64,000 bases of DNA, taken from a virus. Taxonomy: Duplodnaviria; Caudoviricetes. The notes below the pieces were generated by a model. The model ran no database searches. It saw only the letters and a list, made by a program, of their open reading frames with translations, and was not told the DNA's origin. This document shows, piece after piece, positions 16,380 to 24,623 of this stretch (position 1 is its first letter; the number at the start of each line of letters is the position of its first letter). The translations under genes and the position numbers were made by a program. Where the stretch lies: the IMG/VR virus record IMGVR_UViG_3300021166_000096, positions 218 to 64,217 of that record. One strand, given 5' to 3'.

Positions 16380-16567
16380 GCGATCACCACCTCGGCATTA
16401 ATGCCGGTACCAGTAAGGATTGAAACGTGCAGGTCGTAGGCTAGTTGGATGGCCTCGCGATCACCAAGGCAGGGGATGCTTACTGGCTCACCGAAGCCGG
16501 TCAGTACCACATTGTATACCTTGCTTCCATCAGTCAGGGTCTCGGTTTCCAGGATTAGTTTGCTCAT
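16376..16567 (-). CDS. Hypothetical early protein
   Basis: 63-aa ORF; TGATG overlap. Confidence 0.6.
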   Translation of the reverse strand: MSKLILETETLTDGSKVYNVVLTGFGEPVSIPCLGDREAIQLAYDLHVSILTGTGINAEVVIA

Positions 16568-16830
16568 CAGACCACCTCACAGTTGGCTACCAGGATTCCC
16601 CAGGCGCAGGCCTTGTCATCATATCGCTCGTACTCAATCTCATCGACCTCGCCCTTCGGGCAGCGGCATTCCGACATACCACAGAAATGGTTTGCGATCT
16701 TTCGGGCCTGACCCTTGCTGATGGTGAAGACCTCCTCATCCTGGAAATTCTCAGCCTTTTTACCAGTGATGACCAAGTCGATTGCCGGAGATTGGTGGAA
16801 ATTGAATTTAGGCTCATATTTGATTTTCAT
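16567..16830 (-). CDS. Hypothetical early protein
   Basis: 87-aa ORF with AAAGGA RBS. Confidence 0.6.
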   Translation of the reverse strand: MKIKYEPKFNFHQSPAIDLVITGKKAENFQDEEVFTISKGQARKIANHFCGMSECRCPKGEVDEIEYERYDDKACAWGILVANCEVV

Positions 16831-16887
16831 AGCACTTTCCTTTAGGTAGAGCTTTTGAAGGGGAGCCGAGATGGCTTCCCAGAATGA

Positions 16888-17088
16888 TCATGCGTTGTCT
16901 CTCAGCCACCGCTGCATTACCAGGATGGCTGCTTCAACTTGTCGAGGGGAGAGAATAATCGAGTTAGGATCATGCTCCCCTTTGTCGAGGACCAACTGTG
17001 GTCGGCCCTCAAAGTCCATTTCTTGGACGTAAACTATTCCCTGCGATCCATCGTGGTGGGTTTCAACAAGCATTGCGATTTGTTCCAT
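16888..17088 (-). CDS. First early gene, hypothetical (MEQIAMLVE...)
   Basis: AAGGAG RBS before ATG 17088; the longer ORF-track start overlaps the ribozyme. Confidence 0.65.
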   Translation of the reverse strand: MEQIAMLVETHHDGSQGIVYVQEMDFEGRPQLVLDKGEHDPNSIILSPRQVEAAILVMQRWLRDNA

Positions 17089-17117
17089 GATTGCTTTCTC
17101 CTTGAGTAGCTCTTTTG

Positions 17118-17170
17118 GATGTTTCGGCCTGATGGCCATCTTCAGTACCGGTGAAGAACCGGTAGACATC
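17118..17170 (-). ncRNA. Type III hammerhead ribozyme
   Basis: GAUGU-C^-UACCGGU-UCUUC-ACCGGUA-CUGAAGA-U-GGCC-AUCA-GGCC-GAA-ACAUC: GUC cleavage triplet, 5-bp stem III, 7-bp stem I, 4-bp stem II, complete CUGANGA and GAAA core. Confidence 0.85.
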
Positions 17171-17328
17171 TCAGGGACTCGCGGCTGTTAAGCAGGCGGC
17201 CCTGGTCGTATCTGGGACGGTACTAAAACCGGTTGCCTCTGCGATGCTCTCTCCCAGCTACGACATCGCTGGGGAGGTTGGGGAGACCCGACTTCGCTCC
17301 TCCTGTCTGACAGCCGAACCGCACCGTC
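17171..17328 (-). ncRNA. Structured 5-prime leader upstream of the hammerhead
   Basis: 12/13-bp inverted repeat 17205-17217 / 17252-17264 plus competing stems; non-coding. Confidence 0.5.
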
Positions 17329-17334
17329 AAGGAC

Positions 17335-17363
17335 AGATTACTCAAATATGATTAATAGTGCAA
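17335..17363 (-). promoter_or_regulatory. Sigma70-like early promoter
   Basis: TTGCAC-N17-TAATCT on the minus strand at the divergence point of the two arms. Confidence 0.65.
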
Positions 17364-17454
17364 TAGGAAAAAGCATGTTCGATTCATAAAAATGCATTTT
17401 TCTGTAGACGGGAGAATTCTATCGAGTTATCAGCATCTTACCGGGAGGTATTTT

Positions 17455-18075
17455 ATGGAGAAAATAATCGCATGGGAAAAATTGAGACCGATTTACGAGA
17501 CAGGACGAATCTCTGTCCGTGAAATTGCTCGACAATTTGACTGCGCAGAATCAGCAATAAGAAAAAAAGCAAAGGCTGAAAATTGGGCCAGGGATTTATC
17601 GTGGCGCGTCCAGGAACAGGTGCGCACCGATTTAGTGCGCTCTACGGTGCGCATTTCCAACGCAACTGAGCGAGAATGCATAGAAAGTGCCGCCGCTGAG
17701 ATAGTTCAGATCTCTCATCGTAACCGAGAATTAATCGAGCGACTTGAGAGCATCCTGCGCGGCTTGCTTGAGGAACTGCAGTACATCCCTACAGAGGAAG
17801 CCGCGTACGAGCGCCTAATCGAAATCGAAGCGCCCCACAGTCCAGCAGATGTCATCAAGGAGATGCGCCGGATGACGCTACCGCTCGAAAAGCGTACAGC
17901 CCTGGTAAAAACAATGTCCGAAGTCGCCGAGCGCCTGATCAAGCTCTACCGCTTGTGCTACGGCATGGACGCACAGCCCGCGGAGACGCCAGGCAATATC
18001 CTGTCCGATGTGTTGTCGGTGATCGCTGGTCGCGGCACCGTCCGCTGCCTACCTGGGAGCATCGACGCGCTGTGA
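17455..18075 (+). CDS. terS: Terminase small subunit
   Basis: IAWEKLRPIYETGRISVREIARQFDCAESAIRKKAKAENWARD HTH; directly upstream of TerL; GGAGG RBS. Confidence 0.75.
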   Translation: MEKIIAWEKLRPIYETGRISVREIARQFDCAESAIRKKAKAENWARDLSWRVQEQVRTDLVRSTVRISNATERECIESAAAEIVQISHRNRELIERLESILRGLLEELQYIPTEEAAYERLIEIEAPHSPADVIKEMRRMTLPLEKRTALVKTMSEVAERLIKLYRLCYGMDAQPAETPGNILSDVLSVIAGRGTVRCLPGSIDAL

Positions 18076-18150
18076 TTAGACCTTTGAGAGCAGATCGCCT
18101 GTGTCAATGGCCAGGTCCATTTCAACGGATCAATGCAGGAAGGGATAAAA

Positions 18151-19716
18151 ATGATCACAACTGAACAGATGCAGCGCGAATTGCTTGTTCACTTGGGCGA
18201 TCGCGAATGGCGGATGGACAACCTCTACCAGATCGAGGACAAGATGGGCAACGTTGTGCCCTTCGTCCGTAACGATTCGCAGCGAGAATTCTGGCATCAT
18301 ATGTGGTGGCTCAACGTCATCCTAAAGGACAGGCAGCGAGGCTTCTCCACACTGATCGCGATCTTCATCCTGGACTCTTGTTTGTTCGCCCCGAACACGA
18401 CGGCAGGCATCATCGACATTACGCTGCCTGATGCCAAGAAGAAGCTGGGCAAGATCCTGTTCGCCTACGATCGCCTGCCGGAGAGCATCAAGGCAGAAGT
18501 CCCGACACTAACCAGGGCGAAGGAGTCGATCGAGTGGGTCAACGGCTCCCGGGTCGACGTGTCGACGAGCCATCGTGGCGGCACTTTGCAGATTCTGCAC
18601 ATCAGCGAGTATGGAAAGATCGCGGCCAGGAAGCCCGACGTGGCCAAGGAAATCAAGACTGGCGCGATGAACACGGTTGCGGCGGGTAATTTTATGATCG
18701 TTGAATCGACCGCTGAAGGGCAGGAAGGTGAGTTCTTCGAGATTTGCCAGGAAAGCCAGCGCCAGGCTGCAGCCAAGTCAATCCTGACGCCGCTTGATTT
18801 CAAGTTCCACTTTTTTGGTTGGTGGATGGGCCACGAGAATGAGCTGGAAGAAGGCACGGTCGCGATCACCGACGAAGTCCACGCCTACTGTAACAAGATC
18901 GAAGCCGAACTGGGCATCACCATTAACAATAGGAAGCGGGGCTGGTATCAGAAGAAGCAGAAGCAGCAGGGCGATGACATGATGACGCGGGAGTTCCCGT
19001 CGACTCCGAAGGAGGCCTTCGCGGCCAGCATCGACGGCAGCTACTACGCCAAGGCCATGCTCAAAGCCCGTCAGGAAGGTAGGATCTGCCACGTCCCATA
19101 CGACGAGGGCTTCCCGGTGGAGGTTTTCTGGGATCTCGGGATGGACGACAGCATGAGCCTATGGTTCCGCCAGCGGATCGGTGGCTCCAATCGGCTGATC
19201 GATTATTATGAGGCCAGCGGTGAAGGCCTGGCGCACTATGCCAAGATCCTGAATGAGAGAGGTTACCTCTACGGCAAGCACTACATGCCGCATGACGCCA
19301 GCGTTCGTGAGCTTGGGACTGGTATCAAAAGAAGTGAGAAAGCGGAAGAGCTGGGCATCAAACCTGTTGTCACGGTGGTGCGACCTCGAGACACGGAAGC
19401 GGTGTTGGATGGAATTGAGGCAGTACGGACATTCCTATCTACCTGTTGGATCGACGAACGAAAATGCGCAGCGGGAATAAAATGCGTGGACAACTATCGA
19501 AAAGAGTGGGATGAGAGATTAGCATCCTTCCGTCGTGGTCCGCTTCATAACTGGGCGTCACATGGGGCAGATAGCCTGCGGACAGGTGCGGTAGCACTCA
19601 AAGGGGAGACAGCGTTGATGCCAACTGCGGAGCAAAAGAAATCGTGGCGTGATCGACTGAGCGGTGGTGGCAGCATTAATGGTGGCCTGCGTCCACGCGG
19701 AGCGAACGTCGCATGA
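18151..19716 (+). CDS. terL: Terminase large subunit
   Basis: ILKDRQRGFST (Walker A variant), LHISEYG (Walker B), IVESTAEG, VFWDLGMDD nuclease, WASHGADSLR. Confidence 0.95.
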   Translation: MITTEQMQRELLVHLGDREWRMDNLYQIEDKMGNVVPFVRNDSQREFWHHMWWLNVILKDRQRGFSTLIAIFILDSCLFAPNTTAGIIDITLPDAKKKLGKILFAYDRLPESIKAEVPTLTRAKESIEWVNGSRVDVSTSHRGGTLQILHISEYGKIAARKPDVAKEIKTGAMNTVAAGNFMIVESTAEGQEGEFFEICQESQRQAAAKSILTPLDFKFHFFGWWMGHENELEEGTVAITDEVHAYCNKIEAELGITINNRKRGWYQKKQKQQGDDMMTREFPSTPKEAFAASIDGSYYAKAMLKARQEGRICHVPYDEGFPVEVFWDLGMDDSMSLWFRQRIGGSNRLIDYYEASGEGLAHYAKILNERGYLYGKHYMPHDASVRELGTGIKRSEKAEELGIKPVVTVVRPRDTEAVLDGIEAVRTFLSTCWIDERKCAAGIKCVDNYRKEWDERLASFRRGPLHNWASHGADSLRTGAVALKGETALMPTAEQKKSWRDRLSGGGSINGGLRPRGANVA

Positions 19717-19931
19717 CCGTTCAGGATCTACTCAAAGCGATGTGGCAGGCCTGCAGCAATTGCCCTAAACTCAATCCGCAGATGACCATCTTCCTGGGCC
19801 GCAAAACTTGGATCGAGATCGCAGGCGACATCGACATCCGCCCCTATTGCAACAAATTTCCCCTCAAATTCAACGGTGCCGATGTCCTCATCGTCAACGT
19901 CGACGAATATCTAAAGGTTATAGCCGAATGA
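19713..19931 (+). CDS. Hypothetical protein
   Basis: ATGA overlap with TerL. Confidence 0.6.
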   Translation: MTVQDLLKAMWQACSNCPKLNPQMTIFLGRKTWIEIAGDIDIRPYCNKFPLKFNGADVLIVNVDEYLKVIAE

Positions 19932-20068
19932 TAATCTGCGTTTGTAATGAAGCCAATAAAGCAACCTGCGAGAAATGCCTGAAAGGGCGGATGATCAAAC
20001 CTAATGTCAAAATGAACGCGCCAACATGGCCACGCCGACCACTACTGTGGAAGCGGCCCGAGGAGTAA
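19928..20068 (+). CDS. Small Cys-containing protein
   Basis: MIICVCNEANKATCEKC...; ATGA overlap. Confidence 0.45.
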   Translation: MIICVCNEANKATCEKCLKGRMIKPNVKMNAPTWPRRPLLWKRPEE

Positions 20069-20072
20069 GACT

Positions 20073-22295
20073 ATGCCCCCCACCGAACTACCAATCGAAG
20101 ATTATGCCATCGTCACCCGCAATTGGCAGCGATTCCAGTACGGCAAGGATCGCGGGCATTTTCGCTACGTCAACGAGGCCCGCCACTGCGAGGACATGTA
20201 CCTGGGAGCCGGGCTGCAGTGGAGCCAGGAAGACCTTGAGTACCTGACACAGATCGGCAGGCCTGCGCAGGAGCAGAACCACATCTTTCCGGCGATCAAC
20301 ACCGCGATCGGCCTGCAACTGCAGAGTCGCGTGGACATCGCCTTCCGACCCGCAAAAGAGGGAAGCTCGGAAAACACCGCCAACCTGTTGTCGAAACTGA
20401 TCATGCAGATCGGCGAGGACATCCACTATCGATGGCATGAGACCCAGGCCTTCAGCGACGGCATCATCATGCGCCGGGGTTATCTTGAGTTCAAGATGGA
20501 CTGGGATGAGAATCTGATGGGTAACGTCACCTGTTCAGACATCAATCCCCTGCACGTCATCCCTGATCCTGATTCCTCGAGCTACGATCCTGACACCTGG
20601 GCAGATGTGATAATCTTGCGATGGATGACCATTGATCAGATCGCGCAGACCTACGGCCAGGACAAGGCCGACGAGATCTCTGCATATTACGGCGACACCT
20701 ACAAGATCGACCCTGATCTCGACATTCAGGAGACGGAAGGCTTCGGCGACGATGAGACGGGCCTCGCGGGCCAGGACTCTGATGCCGAGACCAGTGTCCG
20801 CCGCGTCCTGGTCATCGACCGGCAGCACAAGCGCCTCGAAATGCAGAAGTCCCTGGTCTTTGCCACCGGCGATGTCAAAAGCTGCGTCACCATGACGCCC
20901 GAACAGATCGAGGCCTCACTGGCGGCAGGCGCGTACATGACCAAGCGCAACCTGACACGCATCCGCTGGACGGTAACCACCGCCGACATCCTGCTGCACG
21001 ACGACTGGAGCCCGTACAAGACCTACACCATCGTGCCCTATTTTCCCTATTTCCGACGTGGTCGCACCCGGGGCATGGTTGACAACGCCATCAGCCCGCA
21101 GATCGCTTGCAACAAGATCGTCAGCCAGGTGATCCACATCCTGAACTCGACAGCCAACTCCGGCTGGATTGTAGAAGAAGGCAGCCTCACCAACATGACC
21201 GTGGCGCAGCTTGCCGACTTCGGCAGCCAGACCGGTGTCGTGGTTGAGTACCGGAAGGGCAGCCAACCACCGGTGAAGATCCAGGCCAACACGCTGCCCA
21301 CTGGGCATGAACACCTGATCGACCGGGCCGAGATGTCCATCAAGACCATCATGGGCATCAGCGACGCGCTACAAGGCCTTAATGGTGCCGAAGTGTCTGG
21401 TGTCGCGATTACCACCAAGCAATACATGGGTCAGACCCAGCTCGGTGGACCAATGGATAACCTGGCGCGGACCCGTCACCTGGGCGCAGCCAAGCTGCTC
21501 GAGCTGATCCAGACCTTCTATTCTGAGCAGCGCGTGGTCATGATCACCGACAGCACGGACATCAGCAAGATTGAGCACAATCCCGTCACCCTCAACGAGG
21601 TACTACCTGACGGCACCGTGGTCAACGACCTCACTTTAGGTGAGTACTCAGTTGTGATCAGTGATATGCCGACGCAGGCCACGTTCATGGACAACCAGTT
21701 CCGTCAGGCGCTCGACATGCGCAAGGAAGGCATCGCTATTCCAGATACCAGCGTGATCGAGATGTCCACCCTGACCAAGAAGCACGACATCGCGAAGGTC
21801 ATGAAAGAGCAGATTGCCCAAGCGGATCCGGTTGAAGAGGCCAAGGCCCGCGACTTGAACGCTTCCGCAGACCTGAAGGCGGCCAGTGTCCTGAAGGCCA
21901 AGAACGAGGCAGCCAACGTCGGCGTTGACGCCATGTTCAGCGCCACGCAGGCTGCAGGCATCTTGGTGACCAACCCGATGATCGGTCCGATGGCCGACCA
22001 GATCGCACGGTCTGCAGGCCTGGAAGATCAAGACGCCGCGCCGATCATACCCTCTATGCCGATGACTTCGGCTACGCAAATGCCAGGCGCGGATCTGGCT
22101 CTCGCAGGCCTGCCGGGGCAGGGGGCGCAACCCTCCCAACCTCCTGGTCCGGCAGGCGCTGCACTCCCGGTCTCGACTACCCTTGATCCCCTGCCATCCG
22201 GGCAGCCCACTCCTGCTCCGATGGGCTTGGCCGGACCCGACATCAGCGGCCCGGATGGTATGGGGCAAGGCATCGAGACCGTGAGGAACGACTGA
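20073..22295 (+). CDS. Portal protein (P22-like) with a Pro/Gly-rich tail
   Basis: CEDMYLGAGLQWS, NHIFPAIN, YTIVPYF, GMVDNAISPQ..NKIVSQ, SGVAI; located after TerL. Confidence 0.9.
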   Translation: MPPTELPIEDYAIVTRNWQRFQYGKDRGHFRYVNEARHCEDMYLGAGLQWSQEDLEYLTQIGRPAQEQNHIFPAINTAIGLQLQSRVDIAFRPAKEGSSENTANLLSKLIMQIGEDIHYRWHETQAFSDGIIMRRGYLEFKMDWDENLMGNVTCSDINPLHVIPDPDSSSYDPDTWADVIILRWMTIDQIAQTYGQDKADEISAYYGDTYKIDPDLDIQETEGFGDDETGLAGQDSDAETSVRRVLVIDRQHKRLEMQKSLVFATGDVKSCVTMTPEQIEASLAAGAYMTKRNLTRIRWTVTTADILLHDDWSPYKTYTIVPYFPYFRRGRTRGMVDNAISPQIACNKIVSQVIHILNSTANSGWIVEEGSLTNMTVAQLADFGSQTGVVVEYRKGSQPPVKIQANTLPTGHEHLIDRAEMSIKTIMGISDALQGLNGAEVSGVAITTKQYMGQTQLGGPMDNLARTRHLGAAKLLELIQTFYSEQRVVMITDSTDISKIEHNPVTLNEVLPDGTVVNDLTLGEYSVVISDMPTQATFMDNQFRQALDMRKEGIAIPDTSVIEMSTLTKKHDIAKVMKEQIAQADPVEEAKARDLNASADLKAASVLKAKNEAANVGVDAMFSATQAAGILVTNPMIGPMADQIARSAGLEDQDAAPIIPSMPMTSATQMPGADLALAGLPGQGAQPSQPPGPAGAALPVSTTLDPLPSGQPTPAPMGLAGPDISGPDGMGQGIETVRND

Positions 22296-22464
22296 TGAAG
22301 CTATTGCTGGGGAGATTCCTGCCCGATGGACGTAGAGTGGTCACAGGAGATGAGCTTCGCGCAGGCAGTCGCCCCCGTAAGCCGCAGGTTAAAAAGAAAG
22401 TGGGCAAATCTGCTGCAGACCGCAGCAGAAGCTGAAGTTGATAAACTACTGAAAGGAGAGAACG

Positions 22465-22839
22465 ATGCACGAGACGATGGTTGCAAAGGCCTGTCACGAG
22501 GTGAACCGAGCGTATTGCGAAGCTTTAGGAGATCACTCCCAGGTTCCATGGGATGAAGCCCCACAGTGGCAGAAGGACAGTGCAGTGATTGGTGTTCGAC
22601 TACATACCTCGAATCCTGATGCCGGTCCCCAGGCGAGTCATGAATCCTGGCTCAAACAGAAAGTTGAAGAGGGTTGGACCTACGGCGTTACCAAGGACGC
22701 CGAGGCCAAGACGCACCCTTGTATGGTGCCGTTTGCTGATCTTCCGGTCGCACAGCAGGCCAAAGATTTCATCTTCCGCGCTGTTGTCCACGCGATCAGC
22801 GACATCGCTGGTCCGATTATGGGAGGTATCTTGCGATGA
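22465..22839 (+). CDS. RyR-domain phage protein
   Basis: CHEVNRAYC...SHESWL..KVEEGWTYG..KD.EAKTHPCMVPF..LP..QQAKD. Confidence 0.8.
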   Translation: MHETMVAKACHEVNRAYCEALGDHSQVPWDEAPQWQKDSAVIGVRLHTSNPDAGPQASHESWLKQKVEEGWTYGVTKDAEAKTHPCMVPFADLPVAQQAKDFIFRAVVHAISDIAGPIMGGILR

Positions 22840-23135
22840 GCTTCGAAGATGCAATTGAGCAGCGGCTCAAATCCAAGCAGGCACCACGGCTGCATCCCCA
22901 CGATATCAATAGTGTGATCGTTGGCAAGACCTTCACCGTCTTGCCGTCAGGAAAGTGTATGATTTGTGAGCTGACGTTGGAGAACGGCTTCACCGTTATT
23001 GGTGAGTCTTCGTGCGTCAGCAAAGAAAACTTCGATCTTGAAATAGGTGAGGATATCTCGTTCGAGAATGCCCGCGACAAGATCTGGCTGCTCGAAGGCT
23101 ATCTTCTGCAGCAGAGGTGCCACGATAATGGGTAA
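22836..23135 (+). CDS. Phage gp49/gp66-family protein
   Basis: CELTLENGFTVIGESSCVSKENFDLEIG...NARDKIWLLEGYLL. Confidence 0.85.
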   Translation: MSFEDAIEQRLKSKQAPRLHPHDINSVIVGKTFTVLPSGKCMICELTLENGFTVIGESSCVSKENFDLEIGEDISFENARDKIWLLEGYLLQQRCHDNG

Positions 23136-23424
23136 ATTCGCACATTGCTACGATCTACCCGGCGGCGAACAGATCCTGATGGTCGCCTTTGATCACCCAG
23201 AAAATGGGCCGTCGGTTCAGTTCGCCACTGAAATCCACGGGCAGCAGGTCACTGCTGAGATCCCACTCCTCGACGAGGAGCAGATGGCGCAGCCAATCAT
23301 GCGGATACAGGCCTTGGCCGACGCCAAGCGCAGTGTATCCGAGTATCCAGAGGAAGCGGTGTTGGATATACGACGCCGCTTTGTCGCCGAACACAACGAT
23401 AAGAAGGGAGTATATAATGGTTGA
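23128..23424 (+). CDS. Hypothetical protein (MGKFAHCYDL...)
   Basis: Start reassigned to 23128. Confidence 0.6.
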   Translation: MGKFAHCYDLPGGEQILMVAFDHPENGPSVQFATEIHGQQVTAEIPLLDEEQMAQPIMRIQALADAKRSVSEYPEEAVLDIRRRFVAEHNDKKGVYNG

Positions 23425-24373
23425 TTTTACCGATGAAGAAGAGATCGAAGAGGTAGTGATCGAAGATGAGGAGACTGACGAGGATCGCGGTGATGACTTT
23501 GTTCCTGAAGACGATGCTCCGGCTGAGGTTGCTGCAGTGGAGCCCGAACCAGATGCCGAGGAGAAGGAACCAGAGGTAGAAGAGGAAGAGAAAGGTGTCC
23601 CCTTCTCCCGCCTCAATGAGGTCAGTCGCACCAAAACTGCTGCCACTCAAATCGCTGATGCCATCGTCAATGGGGAGATCGCACCCCAGACCATCAAAGA
23701 TATGGGCGGCACCAACGCGGTGGCCAAAGCCATGGCGGCCCGGGAGATCACGCTCGAAGATCTGAAGACCGGGACACCGATGGCGTCAGTGCCTGCAGTC
23801 CCGTCACAAGAGAAAAGCCTGGACGAGATGTATGTTGAATACCAGGAGCTAGTTGAACTGGGGCAGATCAAGGATTCCGCCGCGTTGTTTCAGAAGATCA
23901 ATCGCATGGAACGCGCCCTGGAACGGGCCGAGGAGAAAAACCAGGCCGAGTATCAGACCGTCAAGGACACTGTGGCGCAGTTGCTCAAAGATTACCCCAC
24001 CCTCAACGAGGTCGACCATCCCGACCACGAGGCGGTGATGGCCTGGGCAAACTACTTCCAACGTGACAAAGGAATGAATCGCGCTGAGGCCTTACAAAAA
24101 GCGTCGACAAAAGTATTTACTGCGGTTAAGCCTGAGCCTGAGCCTGAAACGAAGGAAACAGATGAAACCGTGCAGCAGCGGGTCATCCGCGAACGAAAAA
24201 CCGCAGCACAAAAGAAGAATGCAGGAGCTTTGAAATCTCAACCCCCGAACATGGGTCTCGGCGCGGCACCAGGAGATGGTACCCCGCTCGACATCGCGTC
24301 ACTACCCGATGAGGAATATGCGAAGGTAAGCGAACGGGATAAAGCCATTGCCCGGGGAGATATTTTGAAATAA
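23417..24373 (+). CDS. Head scaffolding protein
   Basis: Acidic N-terminus, VPFSRLNEV, coiled coil, C-terminal DIASLPDEEYAKVSE; lies between portal and capsid. Confidence 0.8.
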   Translation: MVDFTDEEEIEEVVIEDEETDEDRGDDFVPEDDAPAEVAAVEPEPDAEEKEPEVEEEEKGVPFSRLNEVSRTKTAATQIADAIVNGEIAPQTIKDMGGTNAVAKAMAAREITLEDLKTGTPMASVPAVPSQEKSLDEMYVEYQELVELGQIKDSAALFQKINRMERALERAEEKNQAEYQTVKDTVAQLLKDYPTLNEVDHPDHEAVMAWANYFQRDKGMNRAEALQKASTKVFTAVKPEPEPETKETDETVQQRVIRERKTAAQKKNAGALKSQPPNMGLGAAPGDGTPLDIASLPDEEYAKVSERDKAIARGDILK

Positions 24374-24623
24374 GGATCGGGCCGTTTACCTGATCCACAA
24401 CCGGCCAGGGGGAGTTATTCTCCTTTCGTCCCCTGGCCGGTGTTTTTGACCACAGGAGAATAGGCTTGCCACCCAAGGCATTACGTCCGTCAGCACGATA
24501 GCCTGGCCGGTTGGACCCGTCATCCATCCAAACTCGCAGCTTGGGAGCGAAATTCCAGGGAAATAAGCGGTCAATGTCGCAACGACAGACCATTTTTAAA
24601 CTTTTTCCTTCAGGAGAACTCTC
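24374..24623 (+). promoter_or_regulatory. Structured 250-nt leader of the capsid gene with alternative pairings
   Basis: 12-bp stem 24400-24411 / 24430-24441 followed by GUUUUU; alternative partner at 24502-24513; loop complementary to 24454-24462 and to the capsid RBS. Confidence 0.55.

Noticed and set aside
16540-16575. Second hammerhead (CTGATGA...GAAAC)
   Set aside because: It is a TGATG stop-start overlap with no stem II or stems I/III.
17089-17169. N-terminal extension of ORF 16888-17169
   Set aside because: Coincides with the hammerhead; the strong RBS precedes ATG 17088.
22295-22556. Small gene between portal and the RyR gene
   Set aside because: Two overlapping frames (22295 and 22326 starts) are equally plausible; I cannot choose between them.
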